This document shows positions 27,497-37,752 of a DNA stretch of 64,000 nucleotides, one piece after another (the first letter of the stretch is position 1; the number at the start of each line of letters is the position of its first letter). The DNA is from Alistipes sp. (GTDB taxonomy: Bacteria > Bacteroidota > Bacteroidia > Bacteroidales > Rikenellaceae). Both the position numbers and the translations under genes were made by a program. The notes beneath the pieces are model-generated. The model was not told where the DNA came from and did not search any database. It saw nothing but the letters and a program-made list of their open reading frames with translations. Where the stretch lies: assembly GCA_045543395.1 (NCBI GenBank), contig JAZQML010000060.1:34790-98789 (forward strand). Direction: 5' to 3'.

Positions 27497-27616
27497 ATAT
27501 TGACAAAATTGGGTAATTTCTGCGTTACGCTTGCGCTAAAAATCCTCACATACGCCAAGTATGCTGCGGTTTTTCACGCTACGCAAGCCTTGAAATTCCT
27601 CCAATTTAGTCAATAT
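27497..27616. repeat. ~120-bp imperfect palindrome (REP/MITE-like)
   Basis: 16-bp terminal IR ATATTGACAAAATTGG / CCAATTTAGTCAATAT with 1 mismatch; inner CATAC/GTATG and GCTTGCG/CGCAAGC arms. Confidence 0.75.
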
Positions 27617-27657
27617 GAAGTGGTTGTGTATAGAAAAAGGCTAATTGCTTTTATAAA

Positions 27658-28077
27658 GTGAAACTTTTAATTCTAAACGGCCCTAACCTCAATTTGCAGG
27701 GTAGGCGCGAAAAGTCGGTTTATGGTGCGGAGAGTTTCGAGGAGTTTGTACCTCGTCTCTGCGCCCTATACTCGGCACATACTATCGACTACGCCCAATC
27801 AAACATCGAGGGCGAATTGATTGATGCTCTCCATAAGGCGGAAGGGGAGTACGATGGGGTTTTGTTTAACGCCGGAGGTTATACACATACTTCGGTCGCT
27901 TTGCGTGATGCAATAGGGGCTATTTCTGTTCCTGTTGTCGAAATTCATATCTCGAATGTTGCAGCACGCGAGGAGTTCCGCCACACATCGCTTATCGGTG
28001 CAACTTGTGTGGGTACTATCGCAGGTTTTGGCTTGGATTCCTATCGCTTGGGTATCGAGGCTCTCTTGAACCGATAA
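27658..28077 (+). CDS. aroQ: Type II 3-dehydroquinate dehydratase
   Basis: NGPNLNL.G.RE, QSN.EG, NAGGYTHTS, EIHISN..AREEFRH. Confidence 0.96.
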   Translation: MKLLILNGPNLNLQGRREKSVYGAESFEEFVPRLCALYSAHTIDYAQSNIEGELIDALHKAEGEYDGVLFNAGGYTHTSVALRDAIGAISVPVVEIHISNVAAREEFRHTSLIGATCVGTIAGFGLDSYRLGIEALLNR

Positions 28078-28093
28078 AATCTCGCTTACAAAG

Positions 28094-29536
28094 ATGAAAC
28101 TTGTCGACCAGGTGGCAAAAGGTGTAGCGTGGAGTGCCGTTGAGAAGGTCTGCTCTATGCTTTTGCAGATGGTCGTGAGTATTGTTGTTGCTCGTCTGCT
28201 ATCTCCGAACGACTTTGGAGTGATGGCTATTCTAACATTCTTTACGGCGGTGTCGTTGGTGGTTGTTGATAGCGGCTTCTCGCAGATATTGTTGCGAAAG
28301 GAGGAGCCTACCAACAACGACTACAAAACGGTTTTTGTTTTCAATGTCGCTGTGTCGTTAGCACTCTATCTGCTTTTTGTTGCGCTTGCTCCGTTGTTGG
28401 CGCAATACTACGATTTGCAGATTGTAACAAAGATTATCCCTGTTCTGTTTTTGTTGCTGCCCCTGAACGCTTTTGGCATAATTCAGAATACGAAACTATC
28501 ACGCGAATTTCGTTTTGGTCTGCTCTCGCGCATAAATTTTGCCTCCTCGCTCGTTGCGGGCATTGTTGCTATTGTGGTGGCTGCTTGTGGCGGAGGCGTG
28601 TGGGCATTGGTGGCGCAACGTCTTGCGGTTATGGCAGTAAAGAGTGCATTGCTGTGGTGGCGTGGCGATTGGCGTGGCGAGGGTGCGTTTGTAGGCTCGG
28701 CTATGCGCGAAATGGCTCCCTTCTCGTTTAGGCTGATGTCTACCGATATCGTGGCAGCAATCTACAATAACGTGGCGCAACTATTTATCGGTAAGATCTA
28801 TTCAACCTCGACACTCGGCTACTTCAATCAAGCGCAAAAGATTAAAGATTTGCCCGTTCAGTCGGCTGTGTTGTCGGTGCAAACGGTTACCTATCCGGCG
28901 ATGGCAAAGATAAAGGACGATGTCGAAAAGTTTGCCGAGAGTTTCCGTAAGGTGTTGATGATTAACGTTTTCGTTCTCGCTCCAATGGTTGCGGGAATGT
29001 CGGCTGTGGCGGAGCCATTGTTCCGAGTTCTCTTGGGAGAAAAGTGGCTGCCGACAGTCCCTTATTTCGAGATTATTGCCTTTGCGGGGGTGTTCTATCC
29101 GTTGGCTATGGTGGCGTATAATGTGCTGAAAGTCCACAGCGATGGTGCGATAATATTCCGTTTGGAACTGCTCAAAAAGGCGATTATGACTATACTTTTG
29201 GCAGTTACGATACCTCACTCAACTATTGCTATCGCCTACGGATTGGTGGCGATGACATTTGTGGAGTTTGTAGTGAATTTTGCAGCAACACGACGCTATA
29301 CCTCGTTGTCGTGGTGGCAGATGATACGCACGCTTGCCCCTTCGTTGTTGCTCACGTTTGTGATGTTTGTGGTTGTGAAGGTGGTAGGATACTATCTCGT
29401 GTCGCTTGCGCCTATATGGTTGTTGCTCACGCAGATAACGGTGGGTGTTTTGGTCTACGCACTGCTTGCGTGGGTGTGCCGATTGGAGGCGTTGTCCGAG
29501 TTGGTAAAGATTCTTAAAGGTGTGGTTAAGCGATGA
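28094..29536 (+). CDS. Wzx/PST-family polysaccharide flippase
   Basis: ARLLSP.DFG, DSGFS, multiple TM helices, IGK.YS..LG.FNQA. Confidence 0.9.
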   Translation: MKLVDQVAKGVAWSAVEKVCSMLLQMVVSIVVARLLSPNDFGVMAILTFFTAVSLVVVDSGFSQILLRKEEPTNNDYKTVFVFNVAVSLALYLLFVALAPLLAQYYDLQIVTKIIPVLFLLLPLNAFGIIQNTKLSREFRFGLLSRINFASSLVAGIVAIVVAACGGGVWALVAQRLAVMAVKSALLWWRGDWRGEGAFVGSAMREMAPFSFRLMSTDIVAAIYNNVAQLFIGKIYSTSTLGYFNQAQKIKDLPVQSAVLSVQTVTYPAMAKIKDDVEKFAESFRKVLMINVFVLAPMVAGMSAVAEPLFRVLLGEKWLPTVPYFEIIAFAGVFYPLAMVAYNVLKVHSDGAIIFRLELLKKAIMTILLAVTIPHSTIAIAYGLVAMTFVEFVVNFAATRRYTSLSWWQMIRTLAPSLLLTFVMFVVVKVVGYYLVSLAPIWLLLTQITVGVLVYALLAWVCRLEALSELVKILKGVVKR

Positions 29537-30492
29537 ATAGTTACGGCGAGTTCGATTTTATAGCCCACATCCGAAAGATGTTTGCCGAGTTGCCAACCAA
29601 CTCTTTCGAAGGCATTGGCGACGACTGCTCGGTGTTGCCTATTGGCGACGAGGCGTTGGTCTTTACGGCAGATATGCTCAACGAGGGCATTCACTTTCTC
29701 ACCGACAAAAGTACACCATTTCAAGTTGGTTATAAATCGGTTATGGTAAACATAAGCGACGTGGCGGCTATGGGGGCTACGCCTGTGGCTACGCTCTTGT
29801 CGTTGGCTCTGCCCAAAGAGCGATTTGGCGAGTGGGCAGAGGAGTTTATGCGTGGTTATCGTGCCGCTTCTGCCAAGTATGGCGTGGCTTTGGTCGGCGG
29901 CGACACCACAAAGTCCGAAGGTGGTATCTGCATAAATGTTACCGCTATTGGTCGTGTGGCACTCAATAATGTAAAACGTCGTTCGGCTGCCAATGTGGGC
30001 GATGTGATTGCTGTTACGGGGTGCTTGGGTGCTTCTGCTACAGGATTACGCGACGTGTTTGAGGGTAACGTAGAAACTGCGAACGCCACGATTCATCTTA
30101 TGCCCGAGGCGCAGGTAGCGGAGGGTGTGTGGTTGGGCAAGCAGGAGTCGGTACACGCAATGATGGATATATCCGATGGTATCGCTTCGGATATTCAACA
30201 TATTCTAAAAGAGTCGAATGTCGGTGCTGTTGTGAGCGAAGGCAGTGTTCCTATTGCCGAAGGAGCAACATTTAGCGACGCTTTGTGCGGTGGCGAGGAT
30301 TATCAGTTGCTGCTGACCATAGATGCCAACGACGTGGATAGGGTTTGTGCGGACTTTCAGCGTGAGTTTGGTAAACCTCTCTATATAATAGGTAGGGTAG
30401 TCGTTCCTGATGAGGCGAACTGTGTGTTGCGCATAGAGAGTGAAAATGGCGACATCCTCGACTCTGCGTTGGAGGGATATCGCCACTTTTAA
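29533..30492 (+). CDS. thiL: Thiamine-monophosphate kinase
   Basis: GIGDDC, NISDVAAMG, GGDTT, MDISDG, GGEDY. Confidence 0.96.
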   Translation: MNSYGEFDFIAHIRKMFAELPTNSFEGIGDDCSVLPIGDEALVFTADMLNEGIHFLTDKSTPFQVGYKSVMVNISDVAAMGATPVATLLSLALPKERFGEWAEEFMRGYRAASAKYGVALVGGDTTKSEGGICINVTAIGRVALNNVKRRSAANVGDVIAVTGCLGASATGLRDVFEGNVETANATIHLMPEAQVAEGVWLGKQESVHAMMDISDGIASDIQHILKESNVGAVVSEGSVPIAEGATFSDALCGGEDYQLLLTIDANDVDRVCADFQREFGKPLYIIGRVVVPDEANCVLRIESENGDILDSALEGYRHF

Positions 30493-30498
30493 CCGGAA

Positions 30499-30825
30499 CT
30501 ACTCTACGATAAAAATCTGCTCGTCCTTGCCCTGCATAAAGTACTTCTCGCGGGCATACTGTTCCAGAAAGTCGTCGTTTTTCAACATTTCGATGTGTAT
30601 GCTATCTCGTCGAATGCTCTCGATATATTGTTTTTTCTCTTGCTCGAGTGCCCGTATCTCAATATTGGTCTTGATGAGAGGAATGAGCGCAGGTGGTATA
30701 ATGCGTATGGCTGCATAGCATATAATGAAGATTGTGACGAAGAGGATGTGTTTCTTGTACTTCTTCCAAAACTTCATCATTCGCTTTAAGATTCTTAACC
30801 ACAATTTTTTGAGTTTCTGCTTCAT
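30499..30825 (-). CDS. Septum formation initiator (FtsB/DivIC family)
   Basis: Single TM, coiled coil, LEQYAREKYFM motif; start uncertain. Confidence 0.85.
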   Translation of the reverse strand: MKQKLKKLWLRILKRMMKFWKKYKKHILFVTIFIICYAAIRIIPPALIPLIKTNIEIRALEQEKKQYIESIRRDSIHIEMLKNDDFLEQYAREKYFMQGKDEQIFIVE

Positions 30826-30837
30826 AACGCACACAGA

Positions 30838-31464
30838 TTAAGGTATTCTCATATACTTATGGCTCTGAATCGAGATGCTCCATCGAGGATTGCTCTTTGC
30901 GTACTCGACCAATGTAGGCATAATTTTCTCGGCAACGCTCCACTCGGGTTGGAGGTAGAGCAGACACTCTTTGCTTACTTTTTTTGCGCACTCCTCCGCC
31001 CACAGCAAGTCCTCCTCGCTTTGGATGATGACCTTCAACTCGTCAGCGTGGGCATACGCCTCTTCGAGTGGTGCCGACTTGCGCTTTGGCGAAAGACAAA
31101 CCCAGTCGAATGTGCCTGAAAATGGGTGTGAACCCGATGTTTCGAGAAAGATTGTCAATCCTCGCTCTTTGAGTGATGTAGTCAATATTTCGAGTGGATA
31201 CATCAGCGGCTCTCCGCCCGTGATGACTATGGATTGCGCAGCGCACGCTACGGCACGCTCCACAACTTCGCTAACAGGTGTTGGAGGGTAGATGCGCGGA
31301 TTCCAAGTGTACTTGGCGTCGCACCACGCACACCCCACATCACAACCACCAAGGCGAATAAAATAGGCGGGCTTTCCTGTGTGAAAGCCCTCGCCCTGAA
31401 TTGTGTAGAAATCCTCTACGAGTGGTAACTTATGACCACCCTCCAAACCCTCGTTATTACTCAT
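30838..31464 (-). CDS. queE: 7-carboxy-7-deazaguanine synthase (radical SAM)
   Basis: FYTIQGEG, GCDVGC.WCD, TGGEP, LETSG, QSHKY. Confidence 0.95.
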   Translation of the reverse strand: MSNNEGLEGGHKLPLVEDFYTIQGEGFHTGKPAYFIRLGGCDVGCAWCDAKYTWNPRIYPPTPVSEVVERAVACAAQSIVITGGEPLMYPLEILTTSLKERGLTIFLETSGSHPFSGTFDWVCLSPKRKSAPLEEAYAHADELKVIIQSEEDLLWAEECAKKVSKECLLYLQPEWSVAEKIMPTLVEYAKSNPRWSISIQSHKYMRIP

Positions 31465-32005
31465 TGGCTAAAACGTAGATATCTTTGAGGTTGCGACCAA
31501 TTTGGTCGTAGTCGAGGCCATATCCCACGATAAATTCGTTGCCTATCTCCATTGCGCAATACTTGATAGGCAGGTCGTAGAGATATTTTTCAGGTTTGAA
31601 GAAGAGAGTGCATACCTCCACCGAATTAGGCTTCATCGACTTGATGTAGTCCAACATATGGTTGATGCTGTGTCCTGTCTCGACGATGTCCTCCACGATG
31701 ATGATATCGCGCCCCTCGATATCGAAGTCGATACCCAACTTCTGTTTGATTGTGCCGGTAGATTGAGTGCCTTCGTACGACGAAATCTGCACAAATGTAA
31801 CCTCGTTGTCGAAGTTGGTCTTGCGCACCAAGTCTGCCAAAAACATATAGGCACCATTCAAAACACCCACAAAGATTGGAGGCTTCTCGGTCGAAGCGTA
31901 GTCGCTGTTCAAACGCTCGGCAACCTTTGCCACAGCGTCGTCAATCTCCTTGGCGGGAATCATAACCTCGAAGGTCTTGTCATAAAGGGTAACTCTTTCT
32001 TTCAT
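31457..32005 (-). CDS. hpt: Hypoxanthine phosphoribosyltransferase
   Basis: LNGA..F.ADL, VEDIVETG, FIVGYGLD. Confidence 0.96.
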   Translation of the reverse strand: MKERVTLYDKTFEVMIPAKEIDDAVAKVAERLNSDYASTEKPPIFVGVLNGAYMFLADLVRKTNFDNEVTFVQISSYEGTQSTGTIKQKLGIDFDIEGRDIIIVEDIVETGHSINHMLDYIKSMKPNSVEVCTLFFKPEKYLYDLPIKYCAMEIGNEFIVGYGLDYDQIGRNLKDIYVLANE

Positions 32006-32065
32006 TGTGTTCGAGTTTTTTGTAACTGCAAAGATAACGATTCTATTCTAAAGTTTGTATAATTG

Positions 32066-33406
32066 CTACGCAATTTTTTCAATTTGTCGATAAATATCTT
32101 TCAATCTATCTGCCATAAAGTATTGCAAAACAAGACGCGATATGATGTAGAGCAGGAATGCAAACCACAACGCATCGTTGCCGATAAATGGTTGTAGGGT
32201 GTAGAATGCCACGAAGAACAGAATGGTTGCACCAACCATCGAGTTGCGCATTGCTCGCGTAAGTGTTGCACCTGCATATACTCCGTCCAACATAAATGGC
32301 ATAGCAGCGAATAGCGGGATAACAACTATCCAACCGATATATTTCTTTGCTACTGCCAAGACTGTGGTCAACTCCTCGGCACCACTCTCGCCCAAGAAGG
32401 TTGTAAACAACCACTCCCAACCAGCCAAATAGAGCGAAATGGCTATAAGGGCAGTTGCGAATGTCCACACTACGCAGTAGCGCAAACACCTCTTCAACGA
32501 TGGCAAATCTTTGGCTCCGATAAATCGGCCCGTCATAGCCTCGGCTGCGTAGGCAAAGCCGTCGTTCATATAGGAGAACAACATCAGCAACTGCATCAAA
32601 GTGGTGTTTACCGCCAGAATTGCCGCATCGCGCGAGCCTCCTTCGCCCATCTTTGCCGATGCAGCGGTAAAGAAGGTGTAGACACCCACGTTGCAAAATG
32701 TTCTTACGATAATATCGCCATTGACCCTAAAAAATCGCTTCATTGACGAGAGATCCAATACCTCGCGCAACACAATCTTTCGCATTGTTTTGCGGAAGAA
32801 TACAACGAGCAGAATAGTTGCGAGTCCGAGTCCTATCCACTGCGATACGACCGATGCGTAGGCTATGCCGACAATGCCCATATCGAACGAATTGACAAAC
32901 CACCACCCGAATATCATATGGAGGGTGTTTACCGTAATTGATATAGCCATCGGGATGACTCCGTTCTGCATACCCACAAACCATCCGTAAAGACCAAACA
33001 ACACTATTCCCGCCGGTACTGCCCAGATGCGGGCAAAGAAGTAGTCGGCAACCACGTCGTTGCCATCCATTAACCATAACGATAACTCGCCGAGAGGGCG
33101 TTGGAATATGAGAACTATTGCACTCAACGCCAGCGAAATAACCACTGCACGTGCCAACATCGCCGTAGTTTCGTGAAAGTCGCCTGCTCCGTATGCTTGT
33201 GCCGTCAAACCGCTCGTTCCCATACGTATGAAGGAGCAGTTCCAATAGATGAAATTGAAAATCGAAACTCCAAGTGCCAACGCTCCGATAACCTCTGCCG
33301 AGCCACTATCAACGCCGACAATGCCGGTCGAAACCAAGCCCATCAACGGCACGGTGATGTTCGAAATAATATTGGGTATAGCAATGCGGAATATCTCTTT
33401 GTTCAT
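32066..33406 (-). CDS. MATE/DinF family efflux transporter
   Basis: AIPNIISNITVPL, RMGTSGLTAQAYG, DGFAYAAE. Confidence 0.93.
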   Translation of the reverse strand: MNKEIFRIAIPNIISNITVPLMGLVSTGIVGVDSGSAEVIGALALGVSIFNFIYWNCSFIRMGTSGLTAQAYGAGDFHETTAMLARAVVISLALSAIVLIFQRPLGELSLWLMDGNDVVADYFFARIWAVPAGIVLFGLYGWFVGMQNGVIPMAISITVNTLHMIFGWWFVNSFDMGIVGIAYASVVSQWIGLGLATILLVVFFRKTMRKIVLREVLDLSSMKRFFRVNGDIIVRTFCNVGVYTFFTAASAKMGEGGSRDAAILAVNTTLMQLLMLFSYMNDGFAYAAEAMTGRFIGAKDLPSLKRCLRYCVVWTFATALIAISLYLAGWEWLFTTFLGESGAEELTTVLAVAKKYIGWIVVIPLFAAMPFMLDGVYAGATLTRAMRNSMVGATILFFVAFYTLQPFIGNDALWFAFLLYIISRLVLQYFMADRLKDIYRQIEKIA

Positions 33407-33414
33407 CCTGTATT

Positions 33415-35217
33415 CTACTTTTGAGGTATCAACTCGACCTTGATAATAGTTCTGCTATATGGTGCTAAAATAGAGGTAAAGCCAACTCGTACACCTTTGT
33501 TTTTGACGTCGTACCAGTTATCCGAGTTATTATTCATTATGTATGCCTCTGCACTCTTTGGCGATGCAACGCGAAGCAACAACTCTTTGCCATCTTGCTT
33601 GAGCCGTATTGTGTGCTTGTCGACAATTTCTGCCTCCGCAAAGGTCGTCATATTCCATCGTATTGAGCATTCGGTGTTACGACTTAAAACTTTGTCTACG
33701 CAGGTGACTTTGTCGTTCTCATCAACTGATATGTTGCGGGTTACGCTCTCTGTGTCAATAAATAACGATGATAGATCGAATTTGGCGCCTTTGCGTTTGC
33801 GCTTCTCGTATACATTGGTCAATGTCGCCATTCCTTTGTATTGGTGCAACTTCTCGTTTATGGTGAGTGTGTTGTGCGAGAAGTTATTCAAACGGTATAC
33901 CTGCCAGCGTTGAGATTTTTGTCCCTTCTTCCAAAGACCAATGCCCTTTGACTCTAGCGAGTGATAGTCTTGATTACCTAAATCTACTGCCCAACGGACT
34001 CCTCCCCATTCGTAGATGAACGAGCCTCCATCCATATGGGCGTGGCTGTTTTGGGGGCTTCCGCCTTTCACTCCGAGGTAGGTGTCTTTATGCGATGCAA
34101 AACCTTTGCGGTAGAGAAAGAGCGATTGTTTACCGTTTCCTGCCCATATATTCGCTTTGATAGGCTTGATATTTTCGGTGTTGCAACGAGAAGCGAACAG
34201 CATAGCGATAGGAGTTTGACGGTTTACCCCTCGCACGCTCTCTTCGTTCCTAATGCGCTCTCTATCCTGCCATACAAGCGACATATCTCCGGTTTCGAGT
34301 GCAAACCAGTAGAGTAGAGGGTTTATCATATTCAAAGAGGTGCCGCAGTCCGAGAAGTTGAATGCTGCTCCCGTTGGCGTAGACATAAAATTCATAAACT
34401 TTGCTGACTCCAAAAAACCGGGAGCCTTCTCCAAATCGCAACTTGTACCTAGTGCCGTACGCAATGACTCGATGAGCATAACTTCGTACCAAGTACCATA
34501 CTCCCAATATCCGAAACCTTCGGGGTAGACACCATCCGGACCATACTCCAACTGTGCCGTCGGATTGCTTTTGAGTGCTTCGGCTATGATTTTTTGAGCC
34601 TCCTCCGGAATACGCTCATACACAGCCAATGCGCCCATTACCAAACCGCTATTGCAGACTTGGTTCCAGTTATTGTGCGATTTTGACCACCATTTTTTGC
34701 CTCTTGCAGTGCGTAGACCCTTCTCAATAATTGCGTCCTCGATTATTTTGCGACTCTCGGGCGAAAGCCAATCGTAGAGCCAGTCGTAACCAATAGCGAG
34801 TGCTGTAGTCATTTCGGCAACATCCAAGAAGTGCGACGGGTTCCAACTAACGAAATTGGTCGCTGCTAACATCTCCTTCTCGGCGCGTTGTGCATAAACC
34901 TCATCGCCACTAACAAGATACATATACGAACAGTAGCAAACCCTTTCGAGAACTGCACGGCAGCGACCAAGAAGTCGTTTTCCTACCATTCTGTATTTGG
35001 TAGGCTCGGCTGTGAGAAAACCATTGGTGCGTTGCTCTATGATATCGTGAAGGATAAGCAGAGGTTGGTCGTTCTCAATCTTTTGTTTCACAGCCTCAAT
35101 ATCGCCCTTCTTTAAGATAAGGCGGGGGTGTTGTGCCAATTTCGAATAATCGAGAGTGGTGTTTGCTGCTGCAGACAGTGTTATCAACACTGCCAAAAGA
35201 GTAAGTAGTCGTTTCAT
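33415..35217 (-). CDS. Heparinase II/III-family polysaccharide lyase, secreted
   Basis: Signal peptide; HPRL, NNWNQVC, GVYPEG..YW.YG, HAHMD.GSF, H.TL. Confidence 0.85.
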   Translation of the reverse strand: MKRLLTLLAVLITLSAAANTTLDYSKLAQHPRLILKKGDIEAVKQKIENDQPLLILHDIIEQRTNGFLTAEPTKYRMVGKRLLGRCRAVLERVCYCSYMYLVSGDEVYAQRAEKEMLAATNFVSWNPSHFLDVAEMTTALAIGYDWLYDWLSPESRKIIEDAIIEKGLRTARGKKWWSKSHNNWNQVCNSGLVMGALAVYERIPEEAQKIIAEALKSNPTAQLEYGPDGVYPEGFGYWEYGTWYEVMLIESLRTALGTSCDLEKAPGFLESAKFMNFMSTPTGAAFNFSDCGTSLNMINPLLYWFALETGDMSLVWQDRERIRNEESVRGVNRQTPIAMLFASRCNTENIKPIKANIWAGNGKQSLFLYRKGFASHKDTYLGVKGGSPQNSHAHMDGGSFIYEWGGVRWAVDLGNQDYHSLESKGIGLWKKGQKSQRWQVYRLNNFSHNTLTINEKLHQYKGMATLTNVYEKRKRKGAKFDLSSLFIDTESVTRNISVDENDKVTCVDKVLSRNTECSIRWNMTTFAEAEIVDKHTIRLKQDGKELLLRVASPKSAEAYIMNNNSDNWYDVKNKGVRVGFTSILAPYSRTIIKVELIPQK

Positions 35218-35245
35218 CTGCTTATAGATATAGAACCAACGAGTG

Positions 35246-35818
35246 CTACTTTGTCAGTTTGTTGTAAATCTCAATACATACCCACGCATCCGTTGCGGCA
35301 TACATCTGCTGTTGTGGCGTTAGTTGCTTTGCTGCCCAATTACTCAATCGTTGCGCCTTCGACACCCTCTTGCCGAGAACTATACCCGAAATCTTGCGTA
35401 GACTCTTATCCTCGATGCCATACTTTACCACCTCGCTCTGCAAATCTATAAAACCACGAGCCGTAAAGTGTCGTAGTTTGTTGAGTGCCGATATGTCGTT
35501 GCGAACATCCGCACCAACTTTGTGTATATTCTCGTTCGAGAGGATGTGTATGAGTTCGCGCGAAAGAGGCAACTTGTTCAACCGAATGAGAAAACAACAA
35601 TCAGCAGTAGAGAGTTGCAACAACGAAACTTTGTGGCTTACACCCGCTTGGAACGAGGGACGTGTTTCGGTGTCAAAACCTATAAGACGCTCTTTGGCGA
35701 GGATATGACACGCTTTGGCAAGCGCATCGTGAGTCTCTATGACCTCGATGCGCCCATCAAAGTGAACTGCCTCCAATGCAGCAACCTCATCATTCGAGAT
35801 ATTTGCTACAAATGCCAT
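35246..35818 (-). CDS. 3'-5' exonuclease (RNase D/WRN-like DEDDy)
   Basis: GFDTETRP, LLQL, SNW..LT..Q..YAATDAW. Confidence 0.92.
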   Translation of the reverse strand: MAFVANISNDEVAALEAVHFDGRIEVIETHDALAKACHILAKERLIGFDTETRPSFQAGVSHKVSLLQLSTADCCFLIRLNKLPLSRELIHILSNENIHKVGADVRNDISALNKLRHFTARGFIDLQSEVVKYGIEDKSLRKISGIVLGKRVSKAQRLSNWAAKQLTPQQQMYAATDAWVCIEIYNKLTK

Positions 35819-35824
35819 TCTCGT

Positions 35825-37708
35825 CTATCGTTTTGTCTGTTTCTGCTGCTGCTCCGCCTGCTTCATAAGTTGCTCGTAACGCTGCTGGAAACGCGATTTC
35901 TTGCCTTTGGTATTCTTGGTGTGATTGTCCATCAAAGAACGAATCTTATCATCGTTCAATGTGTGACGGATAATCGTTGTCTGCAAAATTGTGATGAGGT
36001 TCGACAACAAGTAGTAGTAGCAAAGACCACTCGAGTAGTCGTTGAACCAGAACAACATCATAATTGGCATCATATAGACGGTCATAAACTTCATACCCGC
36101 CATTTGTGGTTGTGTCGAACCCTGCATCTGGTAGTTGATGTACGAGTATACGAACATCACAATAACCATCAACAAGCAGAACAACGAGATGTGGTCGCCG
36201 TAGAATGGGATGTTGAACGGAAGGTCGAGAATGCTATCGTACGACGAGAGGTCGTCGCTCCACAAGAACGACTTGCCACGCAACTCGATACTTGCAGGGA
36301 AGAAGCGGAACATCGCAATGAGGATAGGCATCTGAATCAACATCGGCAAACAACCACCCATAGGGCTGATACCCGCCTTGTTGTAGAGCGTCATCATCTC
36401 TTGCTGCTTCTTCATTGCATCCTCCTGACGAGGATACTTTGCATTCAATGCGTCAATCTCCGGTTTGATAACTCGCATCTTGGCAGTCGAAAGATAACTC
36501 TTGTAGGTAAGAGGGAATATCAATAACTTAACCAAGAGTGTGAGAATCAAAATGATAAGACCGAACGACTCGATATACTTCGTCAAGAAGTCGAACAACG
36601 GAATAACCACCCAACGGCTAATCAACGTTGAGAATACCCAACCGAGTGGGATTATGCGCTCCATCTCGAGCGAGTTTTCGTTGTTGTCGGTCAATTTCTT
36701 AAGCACCGAGAACTTGTTAGGGCCGAGGTAGAACGAGAAGTCATACTCTGTGGTCTGCGGTGTGTAACCAACCGACGAGTTCATCTGGAAACGTTTGAGA
36801 TATCCCGACTTTGGCTCGGCAGTCTCGAACATCAACCGCGGTTGCTGCAAACTGTTCGAACGACCAATCAGTGCCGACGAGAAGTACTGCTGTTTGAACG
36901 ATACCCAATCTACTGCCGACGAGAGATTGTCGCTCTGGTTGCCCTCCGATACTCCCAAATCATCCACGTTCGTATCGCCCGGGAAGTGGTATGCAATGGT
37001 TGTGTAGAGATTCTCGTTTTTGAAACTGCGCTCGTTCTGGTACGAACGGTTGCTCCACTCGATGCCTATGCTGCTGTGGTTTGCCATCAATGGAGCGATG
37101 TTGTTGAGTTTTACTCGGAAGTCCACCAAATAGTCACGCTCCGGACGCTTCTCGTTGTAGATGGTGTAGATGTGGTCAATCGAACCCTCGCCAACGCCCA
37201 AACGCATAGTTACAACGGTGGCATCGCCTACTGCCTCAACACCTACAACCTCGAAAATCTGATCACACGTAGATACAGGCACATATTTGGTACCATCCTT
37301 AAAGTAGTACAACATATTGAAATGTGCAGTTGCAGGCTCGAACAGTTTTACCAATTCGTTGCGCTCCTCTTTTGGTGCAAACTTCGTGTACTCCTTCAAC
37401 GTTACGTCAACAATCTGTGCTCCCTGCGTGCTGAAACCAATCTTTATAACATCGTTCTCTACGTCGACAATCTTGCTCTCCTTTGTTGCATCCGCCTTAA
37501 TCAGCGAGGATGCAGGCACGCTCTCCTTTGCAGTGGGCTGCTCAACGGGTGCGAGTGCTTGCGAAGCATTCTCCGCAATCTGCTCTACCATTGCGCTTTG
37601 CAATGCCTCTTGTTGCTTTTGGTGTTGATGTTGGTTGTAGAACATAAAACCAATAAACACCAATGTCATAAGGACGAAACCTATAATCGTGCTTTTGTTC
37701 TCCTTCAT
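35825..37708 (-). CDS. yidC: Membrane protein insertase YidC
   Basis: GGCLPMLIQMP, SFLW..DLSSYD, F.DYSSGL..YY. Confidence 0.96.
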   Translation of the reverse strand: MKENKSTIIGFVLMTLVFIGFMFYNQHQHQKQQEALQSAMVEQIAENASQALAPVEQPTAKESVPASSLIKADATKESKIVDVENDVIKIGFSTQGAQIVDVTLKEYTKFAPKEERNELVKLFEPATAHFNMLYYFKDGTKYVPVSTCDQIFEVVGVEAVGDATVVTMRLGVGEGSIDHIYTIYNEKRPERDYLVDFRVKLNNIAPLMANHSSIGIEWSNRSYQNERSFKNENLYTTIAYHFPGDTNVDDLGVSEGNQSDNLSSAVDWVSFKQQYFSSALIGRSNSLQQPRLMFETAEPKSGYLKRFQMNSSVGYTPQTTEYDFSFYLGPNKFSVLKKLTDNNENSLEMERIIPLGWVFSTLISRWVVIPLFDFLTKYIESFGLIILILTLLVKLLIFPLTYKSYLSTAKMRVIKPEIDALNAKYPRQEDAMKKQQEMMTLYNKAGISPMGGCLPMLIQMPILIAMFRFFPASIELRGKSFLWSDDLSSYDSILDLPFNIPFYGDHISLFCLLMVIVMFVYSYINYQMQGSTQPQMAGMKFMTVYMMPIMMLFWFNDYSSGLCYYYLLSNLITILQTTIIRHTLNDDKIRSLMDNHTKNTKGKKSRFQQRYEQLMKQAEQQQKQTKR

Positions 37709-37752
37709 ACTTATTTTTCCTATTATTTTTTTCTGTTACAATTTCGAATATA

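Noticed and set aside
28094-29536. Polysaccharide biosynthesis locus
   Set aside because: Only a lone flippase among housekeeping genes; no glycosyltransferases
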